From: Nitrosopumilus sp.
Lineage (GTDB): Archaea > Thermoproteota > Nitrososphaeria > Nitrososphaerales > Nitrosopumilaceae
Assembly: GCA_965218695.1 (NCBI GenBank)
Contig: OZ244651.1
Coordinates: 384,001-448,000 of the forward strand
Direction: 5' to 3'
Length of the DNA: 64,000 bases
The notes below the pieces were generated by a model. It saw only the letters and a program-made list of their open reading frames with translations, searched no databases and was not told where the DNA came from. This document shows positions 47,305 to 61,585 of this stretch, one piece after another. The first letter of the stretch is position 1; each line of letters opens with the position of its first letter. Both the position numbers and the translations under genes were made by a program.

Positions 47305-49122
47305 ATGGATGGTACTCTGTTGATTGAATCCCACACCCAACAGGTCATGCCTGATTCTGCCGGAATTGACTGGTCCAGAACCGAGGAGGCAGACAACTTT
47401 GCAAAGACCGTAAAGATGTTCCGCCAGGGGCGGTATGACGCAAACAGCTTTAGGCGGTTTCGGCTCCAGCACGGCGCATACGGCACCAGGATGACCAGCG
47501 ACTATGCCATGGTGAGAATCAAGATTCCGGCAGGCGAGGTCTATCCCAGACAGCTTGAAAAGATATCCCAGCTAAGCGAGCAGTACTCGATCGGCAGCGC
47601 GCACCTGTCCACCCGGGAGAACGTACAGCTTCACTGGGTGGTTCTCGAGGACGTCTCTGAGATATTCCGGGAGCTTGCACAGGTGGGCCTGACATCGAGG
47701 GAGGCATGCGGAAACACCATAAGAAACGTCATGTGCAGCCCGCTCTCCGGCGTGTGTCCTGCCGAGGCCTTTGATGCAACACCATACTCCCTTGCGACTG
47801 CAAGATTCTTTCTAAGGAACCCCATGGCACAGAACCTTCCCCGCAAGTTCAAATTCAACTTTACCTGCTGTGAGGAGCACGGCATGGCCCGCATGGTCGA
47901 TGTGGGGCTGATTCCCCAGGTACGGCAGAATGACGGCCAGACCCAGAAGGGGTTCAAGGTATTTTTGGGCGGGGGGCTTGGAAACAAGTCGTACGTGGGC
48001 CACCAGCTGGAGGATTTCACTCCGGAGGAGGATCTCCTGCACACCTCGATTGCGGTGGTCAGACTCTTTGACAGGATTGGAGACAGAAAGAACCTTGCAA
48101 GGAACAGGATGCGCTATCTTGTACATGAGATGGGATGGGACAAGTTCCAGAACCTGGTCCTCAAGGAGAGAGCCATCGTCAGGGCGACCCAGTCGGTGGT
48201 TACGCAGCTTCAAGTCGACGACACGCCTGCTGCAATCAGGCGCCCAATCAGGGTGTCTGACGAAGGCGGTGCGCCCATACCTGACGGCTATGCAAGGTGG
48301 CTCAAGACAAACACCCTGTCCCAGCGGCAGCCAGGATACAGTTCCGTGTTTGTCACGCTTGAGGCAGGCGACATAACTGCCAGCCAGCTTGATGCCATGG
48401 CCCAGATAATACGCGACTATTCTGCAGAAGGCAAGGCAAGGTGCGGGTTCATCCAAAACCTGGCACTGCGATACGTGCACAAGGATGATCTGCCGATGCT
48501 CTACTCTCGGCTTTTGGATGCCGGGCTTGCAAAATCCGGCGCCCTCACAATGGCCGCCCCGATAGGATGCTCAGGCACCACCTCGTGCAACCTTGCCCTG
48601 ACAAACTCACACCGGCTTGCCAAGGAGATCCAAAGAAAGTTCCTTGAACTGAACCTGGATACAGACGATGATCTCTGCGACTCGTCAATCAAGATAAGCG
48701 GCTGCCCCAACTCCTGTGGGCAGCACGGCATAGGAACCATTGGATTCTTTGGGGGAGGCGCACGTGTCGGCAGGGACATGTATCCAAACTACCAGATGTC
48801 CCTTGGGGGCCGCTCAGACGGGGACACGATGCTTGGAATGACGTGCATCAGGGTTCCTGCAAAGAGGGTGATTCCGGTAATTCTCAAGATCATTGATCTG
48901 TTCAGGGAGCACAAGAAACCTGACGACACCCTCAAGTCGTGGATTCACCGGGTCGTCAACGGCGGCGGGGATTCTGGGATCAACTCAATCAAGGACATCC
49001 AAGGCGTGCTTGCGCCGCTGGTCGCGCCTCCTGCAAAGGACGATGATCCTGACTTTTATCTGGACTATGGCAACGACACCAGCTATCACACAAAGACCGG
49101 AAAGGGTGAGTGTGCTGCTTGA
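47305..49122 (+). CDS. Ferredoxin-dependent nitrite/sulfite reductase (siroheme)
   Basis: LPRKFK, CSGTTSC, KISGCPNSC; context with rhodanese suggests sulfite reductase. Confidence 0.92.
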   Translation: MDGTLLIESHTQQVMPDSAGIDWSRTEEADNFAKTVKMFRQGRYDANSFRRFRLQHGAYGTRMTSDYAMVRIKIPAGEVYPRQLEKISQLSEQYSIGSAHLSTRENVQLHWVVLEDVSEIFRELAQVGLTSREACGNTIRNVMCSPLSGVCPAEAFDATPYSLATARFFLRNPMAQNLPRKFKFNFTCCEEHGMARMVDVGLIPQVRQNDGQTQKGFKVFLGGGLGNKSYVGHQLEDFTPEEDLLHTSIAVVRLFDRIGDRKNLARNRMRYLVHEMGWDKFQNLVLKERAIVRATQSVVTQLQVDDTPAAIRRPIRVSDEGGAPIPDGYARWLKTNTLSQRQPGYSSVFVTLEAGDITASQLDAMAQIIRDYSAEGKARCGFIQNLALRYVHKDDLPMLYSRLLDAGLAKSGALTMAAPIGCSGTTSCNLALTNSHRLAKEIQRKFLELNLDTDDDLCDSSIKISGCPNSCGQHGIGTIGFFGGGARVGRDMYPNYQMSLGGRSDGDTMLGMTCIRVPAKRVIPVILKIIDLFREHKKPDDTLKSWIHRVVNGGGDSGINSIKDIQGVLAPLVAPPAKDDDPDFYLDYGNDTSYHTKTGKGECAA

Positions 49123-49913
49123 GATCCGAGGACCCAACTCTGGATGCGGACTCGCTACGCTCTGAGATAGCAGACCGAAGCATCAGGGTAATCGATGTCA
49201 GGCGAAAGAACGACTATGCACAGGATCACATCCCGGGTTCTGTAAATCTGCCTCTGGCGGATCTGCTCTCCGATGACAGTCCCGAGCGCGTCATGAAGCT
49301 TGCAGGCTCCCTGGGGATAGACGACGAGACCCGGGTGGCAGTATACGATGACACCTTTGGCGCCCTGGCCTCAAGGGTGGCGTGGACGCTGGAGTACCTG
49401 GGACACTCCGACGTCGTGCTGCTGGACACGACATATGCCAAATGGAAGTCGCTTGGCCTGGAGACTGACTCTGAGACCCCGCAGGTGCAATCCAAGACAC
49501 ACTCTATGAACCTGCAGCCTGACATACTGGCAACCTCTGATTATCTGGAAGGCGCGCAGGGCCGGGACGACGTGATCCTGATTGACAACCGGGAGAGGCT
49601 GAACTTTCTTGAGCAGCACATCCCCGGGGCCATGAACCTGCCATACCGCATGCTTGCCACGCGGGATCACATACTGCGGCCGCAAGATGACATGAGGCGG
49701 CTGCTTGGGAATCGAGGGATTACAGGCAATTCTGAGGTTATCACCTACTGCGGAAGCGTGGGAACCCTGTCAGGCCTGGCGTATTATGCCCTGAAATCCG
49801 CAGGACTCCCCAATGCGCGGCTGTACGTCCGCTCCTTCAAGGAGTGGAAGCATCTTCAAAAGCCTACAGAAAAGCAAGAGGATGCAAACTATTGGGATCT
49901 GTCTGCCGAGTAG
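49119..49913 (+). CDS. Rhodanese-family sulfurtransferase
   Basis: Two HIPG(S/A) motifs, ITYCGS; TTGA overlap with the upstream stop. Confidence 0.9.
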   Translation: MRSEDPTLDADSLRSEIADRSIRVIDVRRKNDYAQDHIPGSVNLPLADLLSDDSPERVMKLAGSLGIDDETRVAVYDDTFGALASRVAWTLEYLGHSDVVLLDTTYAKWKSLGLETDSETPQVQSKTHSMNLQPDILATSDYLEGAQGRDDVILIDNRERLNFLEQHIPGAMNLPYRMLATRDHILRPQDDMRRLLGNRGITGNSEVITYCGSVGTLSGLAYYALKSAGLPNARLYVRSFKEWKHLQKPTEKQEDANYWDLSAE

Positions 49914-50003
49914 TCCCTGAAATTTTCCGTAACTGCCTTTGGCATCCGTTGCATGGTGGTGTTGCCGGTGTTGCTGTTGCTGCCGCCGCCGTCGCCGGCA
50001 CGG

Positions 50004-51158
50004 TCAGGAGATCTCGTTTCTGAGCTTCTTTGTAATTGTAACTTCCACGTTGTCAAAGAGTACCATCATCTTGTCCTTGTTCTCTGTGATGTAGTCCTCT
50101 CCCCTGTCCTTTAGCCTGATCTTCCACAGCCTGATCTCCCTGTGCTCGTCAAAGAAGTTCTCAATCATGTGCACGCCTGACTTTTCAGGGTCGACAAACT
50201 CGTCAAATACGTCGATGGTCTTTTGTACGTTCCCTTCCTCTATTGACTCCCTTGCTGCCTGGATGGCCTGGCTCAGCTTCTTCAGGTTCTTGACAGGCCT
50301 TGGCAGGGTCTTTCGTGTGAGGCCAAACAGCCCCTTCTTCTCCTTGCCCATCTTGTCTGCAACGTTGGGGGCCAGATCATAAATTGGAATCCTGCTCAGC
50401 CCCTCCCGTTTTTCATTCTGCACTATCAGGCCCTTCTCAAGCAGCTTCCTTAGGGCCTTTTCGGCATCTATCTTGTCAAGAAACGTAGTCCACACAATGG
50501 CGCCGATCGTGTGGTATCCCTGCCTGACGGACTCTAGAACCACCACCTCCTGGATCCTCTTGAACCCCTCCTCAATCCTTACGTTGATAAAATCCGTGTC
50601 CCTGATGGATTTTCTCGCATTCTTGACATCGATCTCAATGGAGCGCTTGAGGGCCTCAAGGGACTCTGGGATCTGGTTCAACAGGGACAGAAAGCAGGCC
50701 TTGTTGTACCATGCCATTCCAAAGGTAGGATCCGTCTCGATGGCCTTTTCAACCGAGTTAAGCGCCTTGGAGTAGTTCTTTTGCTCGTAATGGACCAGCC
50801 CCTTCAGGTTCCACGCATCCGGATTTGTAACATCTATGTCCAAAACCCTGTCATAGACTCTTAGCGACTCGTCATGCTCGTCCAGGTGAAACCTTGCATA
50901 TCCAAGCTTTAGCAGCGTCTCTATGCTGTTCGGGTCGATGCGAAGCGCCATCTCAAAGACGGCCACCGCATCCTCCAGTTTCTCGTCGGCCATCAGATTG
51001 ATGCCTTTTTTAAACAATTTTTTGCGATTATAATCCGGATCAACCAGGCTGGTCTCCTCTTTTGCCGTGACCTCCTCCGGCTTTTCCCCCGGCTTTTCCC
51101 CCGGCTTGGAACCATCTGATTTACTGTCCTTTGATCTCCTTCCGAATGGCTTCTTCAC
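50004..51158 (-). CDS. Conserved TPR protein with a possible winged-helix C-terminal region
   Basis: DAWNLKG, AWYNKAC TPR motifs. Confidence 0.85.
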   Translation of the reverse strand: MKKPFGRRSKDSKSDGSKPGEKPGEKPEEVTAKEETSLVDPDYNRKKLFKKGINLMADEKLEDAVAVFEMALRIDPNSIETLLKLGYARFHLDEHDESLRVYDRVLDIDVTNPDAWNLKGLVHYEQKNYSKALNSVEKAIETDPTFGMAWYNKACFLSLLNQIPESLEALKRSIEIDVKNARKSIRDTDFINVRIEEGFKRIQEVVVLESVRQGYHTIGAIVWTTFLDKIDAEKALRKLLEKGLIVQNEKREGLSRIPIYDLAPNVADKMGKEKKGLFGLTRKTLPRPVKNLKKLSQAIQAARESIEEGNVQKTIDVFDEFVDPEKSGVHMIENFFDEHREIRLWKIRLKDRGEDYITENKDKMMVLFDNVEVTITKKLRNEIS

Positions 51159-51461
51159 TAGCTCAAAATAAAGACTTGTCCAGATAAATACTCTACTTAA
51201 TCTATTCCACGCGTGTCCAAAATATCGGGTACGTGGGGAGGTCCCAAAACCTGCAACCCTGTTCTGGTGTAATTGAATTGTGCACCGGGACAGATGTCTG
51301 TACGCCCTGCCGTATGGGACTCATCAGGATATGTCCTGTGGATATGTCCGGGTTTTGTGCCTGGATTTTATAAAATACTATATTGGAATTCATATCATGG
51401 AATAAACCGGCACATCGAAACAATCTAAATATAAAAATACATGGAACAACCACAGTCGATC

Positions 51462-53522
<2,061 letters not shown>

Positions 53523-53717
53523 AACCCTGCCCAATTCTCGTGTGTGCGCCTTTCTGGTTGGCCAATGCGTGTCAGCCCTGCATGTGGCAGGCCAACCGCA
53601 GATAGCCTGCGGAACCATGCCTGCAGATGGGACCGGAATAAAAACACCTGTAATCGTTGACGGCCTGTACTGGCCGATTCCTGCACCATCCAGCCATCCA
53701 GCCATCCCATGAATACG

Positions 53718-54827
53718 TTATGCCCCGCGCACCTTGATTATTGTCAGGACGTCCTCATCCTGCAGTATGTGGCCCAGCCCCACCTTCTGCGCGTCAAACT
53801 TTGCACTCTTTCCCCACACCAGCCCATACCTGAACTCCCTTCGCATCCTGCGATGAATCTTGTTGCAGATGTCCTCGACTGTGTCGCCCTCCCTTGCGAT
53901 TAGCGGTTCCTTGAAATCAGTCTCCCTACCCTTTGGCCTCATGTATATTCTGATGAACTTTAACTTCTCGTATATCCTCTCCTTTAGAACGTCTATGTTG
54001 ATGCCCGAGTTTGCAGATACCTCGATGACATCCGATTCTATCTTTCCCTTCAGATCGTCAAGAAACTCCCTGTCCACCAGATCAATCTTGTTTAGCACCG
54101 TCAGCGCCTTGGAATAGCTGATGTTTCCGGCAATGTGGTCTGCCAGCTGCTCTGATGTTACGTCCTCGCGCGTAACCACGCGCGCACTGATAACCCCATA
54201 CAGGTGAAGAATATCCTTGAGGTGCTTTTCTGTAATCTTTGTCAGCCTTACCTGCTGCGCCACGGCAATGCCCCCGATCGAGGCCTTTTCGACCGTGATG
54301 TTTGGCGGCAGCTGGTTGAGCCTTATCCCGATGTTCTTCAGCTCGTTTACCAGCACGTTTTCATGGTACGGCTGGAACACGTCCAGTATCAGCAGCACGA
54401 GATCCGCCGATCTTGCCACCGCCAGGATTCTCTTTCCAAGGCCCTTGCCGGTGGAGGCGCCCTTGATGATTCCGGGAAGATCCAATATCTGAATCTTCGC
54501 ACCCTTATACTCCATCATTCCGGGAACCACTGTCAGCGTGGTGAACTGGAACGCCCCCACAGCAGATTTTGCCCCCGTCATCATGTTTAGCAGCGTGGAC
54601 TTTCCGACGCTTGGCAGCCCTATGAGCACCACCGTCGCATCGCCTGTCCTTCTGACATCAAACCCGTCTGACTTCATGCCGGATTTTTTGATGGCGTTCT
54701 CTTCCTGCTCCCTCTTTAGTTTCGCAATCTTGGCCTTCAGCAGCCCTATGTGGTGCTCGGTCGCCTTGTTGATCTGCGTCCGTGCCATCTCGTCTTGTAT
54801 GGATTTGATCTTTTCAGGAATTCCCAA
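53718..54827 (-). CDS. DRG/OBG-family GTPase with TGS domain
   Basis: NKATEHHIG, GLPSVGKS, FTTLT, DLPGII, NKID, WGKSAKF. Confidence 0.95.
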   Translation of the reverse strand: MGIPEKIKSIQDEMARTQINKATEHHIGLLKAKIAKLKREQEENAIKKSGMKSDGFDVRRTGDATVVLIGLPSVGKSTLLNMMTGAKSAVGAFQFTTLTVVPGMMEYKGAKIQILDLPGIIKGASTGKGLGKRILAVARSADLVLLILDVFQPYHENVLVNELKNIGIRLNQLPPNITVEKASIGGIAVAQQVRLTKITEKHLKDILHLYGVISARVVTREDVTSEQLADHIAGNISYSKALTVLNKIDLVDREFLDDLKGKIESDVIEVSANSGINIDVLKERIYEKLKFIRIYMRPKGRETDFKEPLIAREGDTVEDICNKIHRRMRREFRYGLVWGKSAKFDAQKVGLGHILQDEDVLTIIKVRGA

Positions 54828-54890
54828 AACTACTCGTCTGTTGGTGCATTTCAATCAAATAAAATCGTACATCTGCGCCCCGGACCTCGA

Positions 54891-55034
54891 TGCCTGTCTG
54901 CCTGCCTGCCTGTCTGCCTGCCTGTCTGCCTGCCTGCCTGTCTGCCTGCCTGTCTGCCTGTCTGCCTGTCTGCCTGCCTGTCTGCCTGTCTGCCTGCCTG
55001 CCTGTCTGCCTGCCTGTCTGCCTGCCTGCCTGCC
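54891..55034. repeat. Intergenic tetranucleotide microsatellite (TGCC/TGTC) x36
   Basis: 144 bp of TGYC units between divergent genes. Confidence 0.97.
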
Positions 55035-55124
55035 GCACCCGGCGGTGCAGCGCATGCCTGGGGCACGCACCCGGCTACATGCTGCATGCGTAGCAAATAT
55101 TATTCGGTCTGTCATACCGATACC

Positions 55125-55817
55125 GTGAAGAAGACCTTTGCAGTTGATATTGACGGCACCATTACTGAAAACGGCGGCGGCCGAATCCATCTGGACGCGC
55201 TCGGGGCGCTGCGGCGTCTGAGGGTGACCGGCCATGACGTAATATTTGTCAGCGGGCGCTCGTCCGTCGAGGGGTTCCTGCTTTCGGTGTTTGGCGGCAC
55301 CACCAACGTCGCAGTAGGCGAGAACGGCGGGTGCATCACGCTTGGCCCCGACAAGCACATTCTCCTGGGAGACATTGCACAGTGCCAAAAGGCACTAGAC
55401 ATGATCAAATCATGCATCGACGGCGTGCAAGAAAAGCCCGTGTTTCCCAGGCTGACCGAGGTCGTTCTGGAGAGGACCTTTGATTTGGATGATGCGCGGG
55501 GAATCCTCTCAGAGAACGGCCTTGACGTACAACTCTCTGACAGCCAGTATGCGTACCATCTCAACTCCCCGGGAATCGACAAGGGATCCGGCTTTAAGAG
55601 AGTAATGGCCATGAAGTCCATTGCGCGCGACGACGTGGTTGCAATAGGGGACAGCGCCACTGACATTCCGCTTTTTGAGGTTGCAGGTACAAGCATCGCC
55701 CTTGGAAACGCATCTGACCCCGTACGGTCTAGGGCCAGCATGACAGTCTCGGGCAGATCAGGCGACGGCGTAATAGAGGCACTGGACATACTGGCGCCAG
55801 GCCTATCCGGTGTGTAG
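55125..55817 (+). CDS. Phosphoglycolate phosphatase (SPP-like HAD)
   Basis: VDIDGTIT, SGRS, GENGG, IGDSATD. Confidence 0.9.
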   Translation: MKKTFAVDIDGTITENGGGRIHLDALGALRRLRVTGHDVIFVSGRSSVEGFLLSVFGGTTNVAVGENGGCITLGPDKHILLGDIAQCQKALDMIKSCIDGVQEKPVFPRLTEVVLERTFDLDDARGILSENGLDVQLSDSQYAYHLNSPGIDKGSGFKRVMAMKSIARDDVVAIGDSATDIPLFEVAGTSIALGNASDPVRSRASMTVSGRSGDGVIEALDILAPGLSGV

Positions 55818-55819
55818 CG

Positions 55820-57838
<2,019 letters not shown>

Positions 57839-57868
57839 TGGGATTCTGCCTGCGGCGACCCCGTATGG

Positions 57869-57908
57869 GATGTATGTATGTATGAATGAATGAATGAATG
57901 ACTGACTG
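57869..57908. repeat. Graded tetranucleotide microsatellite (TATG)3(AATG)4(ACTG)2
   Basis: Directly visible downstream of argS. Confidence 0.9.
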
Positions 57909-58488
57909 TTGTGCCGTTCCAACCTAGCCAAACGCGTATGGCCGGCAGGAGCCGTAGATTCATACCCCAATCCACATTTTTGAGCCCCTTATTAGGAAAT
58001 TAAGGTTCGTGGGGAGATGACAAAGAACGTGGAAAAGCCCCCGCCCGAACCAAGGTCAAGAGAGCAGGAAAGCCTTCGACCCGAACCAAGGCCAAGAACA
58101 CGAAAAAGCCGCCTGCCAAGCCCAAGACCGGCAAGGCGAAAAGGACTCCGGCCCCCGTGTGGCATGCACGACCCCAAACAGTGTGAATGCGAACAGAAAC
58201 AGGCCAAGTGCCACCGTCTTTTGCATTACATTCAGTGCCGGTGACTGCACTCAAGAATTCTATCATGGAGTCGTGCAGGCAGTTCGCGTCCCAACGCTTC
58301 CTTGGGGGGACCATGCCCGACAACTTTCCAGCATCCACTAGTCTGAATCGGGCGGTCTCCGGCAAGGCGACCACAGTGGTTCGCATTTTCCACGCCTGCC
58401 TCCGCCGACACGGACCTGCGGCAATCCTGAACAGATTTTGCAGGGATTGCACAAAACAATGATTAGCGGCAAACCCGACTGCATGCCA

Positions 58489-58950
58489 ATGGAAATAATC
58501 CTCATGGTAGGCATTCCTGGAAGCGGCAAGTCCACGTTAGCCAGAAAGATCTTTCCGCGCCACGTCTACGTGTCCTTGGATGCAATCAAGCAGTGGAGCC
58601 GTGCCCGCCGTCAAAAAATGCTTGACAGGTATTCCGGATCCCCCGGTGACACTCTCAGCAAAGGAAGGAAGATCGAGCACGCCCTGATGACCGAAGCGTT
58701 GGACGGGGACAAGAACATAGTCGTGGACGACACCAACCTGACTTGCGAAATACGTCGCCGTCATGTGGAACTGGGCCGAGAGTACGGCGCCACGATGAAT
58801 GTCGTGTTCTTTCAGAACATCCCCCGTGCGTACGAGCGAAACAGACGCAGACCGGAGCCACTAGAGGACTATGTTCTTGACGGCAAGCGCAAGGAATTTG
58901 AACCGCCACACAAAGACGAAGGATTCGGTTACATCCAGATCATGAAGTGA
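58489..58950 (+). CDS. P-loop kinase (AAA_33 / polynucleotide-kinase-like)
   Basis: VGIPGSGKST, VVDDTN, RNRRR, FEPP..DEGF. Confidence 0.85.
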   Translation: MEIILMVGIPGSGKSTLARKIFPRHVYVSLDAIKQWSRARRQKMLDRYSGSPGDTLSKGRKIEHALMTEALDGDKNIVVDDTNLTCEIRRRHVELGREYGATMNVVFFQNIPRAYERNRRRPEPLEDYVLDGKRKEFEPPHKDEGFGYIQIMK

Positions 58951-59011
58951 ACCTGAGGGAAAAGGAATGTTTCGGACGCCCCCGCGTGTCCATGCGTGCT
59001 AACAATCCAAA

Positions 59012-59140
59012 TCATCGCGTCTTGTCCTGCGCATCCATGATATCTCTTGTCGTCTCGTAGGAATAACGGAACGCCATAAGCAACACCATCGTGTCAATCA
59101 CGGCGTATTTTTTGGTCGGATCCAAATCGTCCCATGCCAT
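59012..59140 (-). pseudogene. Possible truncated PIN-domain protein fragment
   Basis: KYAVIDTMVLL resembles the PIN first-strand motif; stops after 42 aa. Confidence 0.35.
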
Positions 59141-59951
59141 CCCTCCTGCGATCCCATGTCGCTTTCTACTGCATCGCGAGCAGTTTAAGGGCATTCTGAA
59201 TCACATGGTATGGCTTGCGGCTTTCAGTTTTTTCAGGTATCCTGCCGTGTCGATGTCACTTCTGCACTCCAGATCTCCACGGAAATAATTGCGTATCGCC
59301 CTGTCCATCAGTTCCGACGCCCCCTCTATGGACTCGTGCGTGGCGCAGAACACCACGGCTCCATTTGGTGATGATGCTGTTTGGACTGCAAAGTGGAAGA
59401 ACATAAAACAGGAAATCCGGATCAAGATTTGCCTGTACAACCGCATGATGCGCGCATCACAGGAGCCAATCGCAATGACGTGAGGCAAAGATGCATCTTG
59501 CCATACTGTCTTGATCATGAAGGTGGAACTGTAGGGAGGTTGTGCAACTCCCATGTGTTACGGGTATCCAAACCCGTTGATGTCATGTGTTGGCAATACG
59601 TCTGATCCAGTCCGATTTGGGTTGGTCGGGCTGTTTTTTAAAGATTTGTGGGCAGGTTCGACGTAAATCGGATATTTTGATCATTATTGCCCCCGATCCT
59701 GCAGAATCCGATGCAAATGTCATGGCTCGTGTGCAGGTACAGGCAGGCGTTGCGCGCGGATTTGGATGAATGGCACACAGCTACCGCTAGGAATCTCTCC
59801 GTATCCGGAGGAAAAGCAGGCCAAACTCCTACAGTCAATATCGTTTTCGGCAAGCCGGAGGGGGACAAGAGGGGGCGTTGAGCCGCCCCTCATCTGTGCA
59901 GGGGCGGCAAAACGCACCCGGGGTTGTTTAATCTCCCCATGGCGCCCAGAC

Positions 59952-61070
59952 TCAGGATTCGGCGATGCGCTTTATTCTCTGGAATTTTCGTCTGACAAAA
60001 TCCCTGTCCTGGGTCCTGTACTCGGCGTCGTGTTCAAGCATCTCCCAGACCCATTCGAGCATCTGCCTGGCCACGGCAACCCTTGCCTTCATGGGCCCTA
60101 TGCGGGCTGCCAGTCTCTGGTAGCGTGCCCCTATCCGGGCATCGTGCCGGACTGCGACGAAGGCGGCCTCGACCATGGCGCGGCGCAGCCAGACAGAACC
60201 GCGCTTTGTGATGCCACCGGTCCTGACTGTCTCCCCGCTGTTGCGGTGTTTTGGCGCCAGGCCTGCATACGAGACCAGCTTTTCGGCGTTGGCGAACCTC
60301 TTGTGGTCGACTATTTCGGCAAGTATGGTTACTGCCGTGACGTATCCTATTCCGGGTATGGTCATGATCAGTCGTGCCCGCCTGTCGCTCATCGCAATCC
60401 CGGCTATCTTTTTTTCAAATTTTGACACCTGCTTTAGTATGGTGTCGATGATGGCTAGGTGCGACTGCACCGCCATGCAGTCAACCTCCCTCAGGGGCAC
60501 GTCCTGCAGCCACTCGATGCCCTGCTCCGTAAACAGCCCCCCTTTGGGCTGCTCGTGCGGGTATTTGGCCAGGATCGCGTGGATGCGGTTCTTGGGGCCT
60601 GAGGCGGACATCTTCATGTCCAGGCGGGTGCGGGTCAGTTCGCGCAGATCCCGCGCGGGCTTGTCGGCCACGAACGATTCGGGGATCATGTCCAGCCTGC
60701 ACAGGTCTGCCAGCTTTTCCGAGTCGGCCTTGTCGTTTTTGTACACGGTTTCGGTTATTATCTTCGTGTTGTGCGGGTGGGCCAGCAGGGTGTCGATGCC
60801 CGCATCCTCGAGCATGTCGTGCACGACTATCCAGTAGTTGGCCGTGGATTCGCAGACGGCCGTGGCCGGCACGTACCCTTCCTTGTGGATCATCTTGATG
60901 AATCCGGTTATTCCCCGAACGTTGTTGTCAAATTCAGTCTGCTTTAGTATGTCCTTGGTACTTCCCTTGATCGTTGTAACGCATTTCTTTTTGTGAACGT
61001 CTATTCCAACGTAATACGTGTTATCACCTCCTTTGCAGTGTATCGGACCCGACCAGCGGAAAACTCCCAT
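59952..61070 (-). CDS. IS110-family DEDD recombinase; true start possibly ACG at 61019
   Basis: VGIDVHK, ESTANYW, KNDKADS, IPGIG, RNSG, VAVARQML; SD GGAGGTGA at 61031-61024. Confidence 0.95.
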   Translation of the reverse strand: MGVFRWSGPIHCKGGDNTYYVGIDVHKKKCVTTIKGSTKDILKQTEFDNNVRGITGFIKMIHKEGYVPATAVCESTANYWIVVHDMLEDAGIDTLLAHPHNTKIITETVYKNDKADSEKLADLCRLDMIPESFVADKPARDLRELTRTRLDMKMSASGPKNRIHAILAKYPHEQPKGGLFTEQGIEWLQDVPLREVDCMAVQSHLAIIDTILKQVSKFEKKIAGIAMSDRRARLIMTIPGIGYVTAVTILAEIVDHKRFANAEKLVSYAGLAPKHRNSGETVRTGGITKRGSVWLRRAMVEAAFVAVRHDARIGARYQRLAARIGPMKARVAVARQMLEWVWEMLEHDAEYRTQDRDFVRRKFQRIKRIAES

Positions 61071-61210
61071 TCACCGTCAAAGCGGTATTTGACCATCCGC
61101 ATACCTTGAGTCACTCTAACTAACGCCCTCATACGTGGCAAGTTGCACTCGACTCTCAGGTCCAACAGGGTAAATGCCATGATCGCCGCTATAACGGCAA
61201 CACATGGCGT
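61045..61210 (-). ncRNA. Predicted bridge RNA of IS110 #2
   Basis: Closing stem GGACC/GGTCC (61045/61163). Target loop with CTAACTA (61116-61122) and AGTTGCAC (61141-61148) matches site GTGCAA-CT-AACTA. Donor loop with CTCCCAT (61064-61070) matches core plus right end. Confidence 0.8.
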
Positions 61211-61585
61211 CTAACTACGTTCGCCACTACACGCTATGAAACAAATGATGCCCGAACCGGCCATGAGTTTCCTACAAGACAGTCCAAAAATGAGGGCTAA
61301 GATTCATAGCTAAAACCACATTTTTGGACAAGTTTTTAGGAAAGTCGCGTTTTGTTTTGGCGTCGTCGGATTCATTGCATGTAGTGCAACATGGCAGGAC
61401 TTAAACCCCTATGGGCAACAACGTGCCGCCTACCTGTCAAACATGGCTAACGTATACCAAAAGTGAAAAGTTGATGCGATTGTCACATATTTTACCACAT
61501 CTAAAGTTATACCAATTTCACGTCCCACAGTCAATGAAGATCAAGACGATGTTGAAAAGATACGCCGCTGAGACAGACTGCGATA

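Larger units (their letters stand above)
59550..61212 (-). mobile_element. IS110/IS1111-family element #2 (1663 bp, intact)
   Basis: Core CT at 59548-59549 and 61211-61212. Subterminal IR CCATGTGTT/AACACATGG with the same 3-nt / 5-nt spacing from ATG/CAT as element #1. Confidence 0.88.

Noticed and set aside
54750-55124. Cys-rich N-terminal extension of the HAD phosphatase and ORFs such as RQAGRQT
   Set aside because: These are translations of the TGYC microsatellite. The HAD motif starts right after GTG 55125.
59546-61216. 4-bp AACT duplication as the boundary of IS110 #2
   Set aside because: A CT core at 59548/61211 reproduces the spacing of element #1 and matches the guide CTAACTA, so it fits better.
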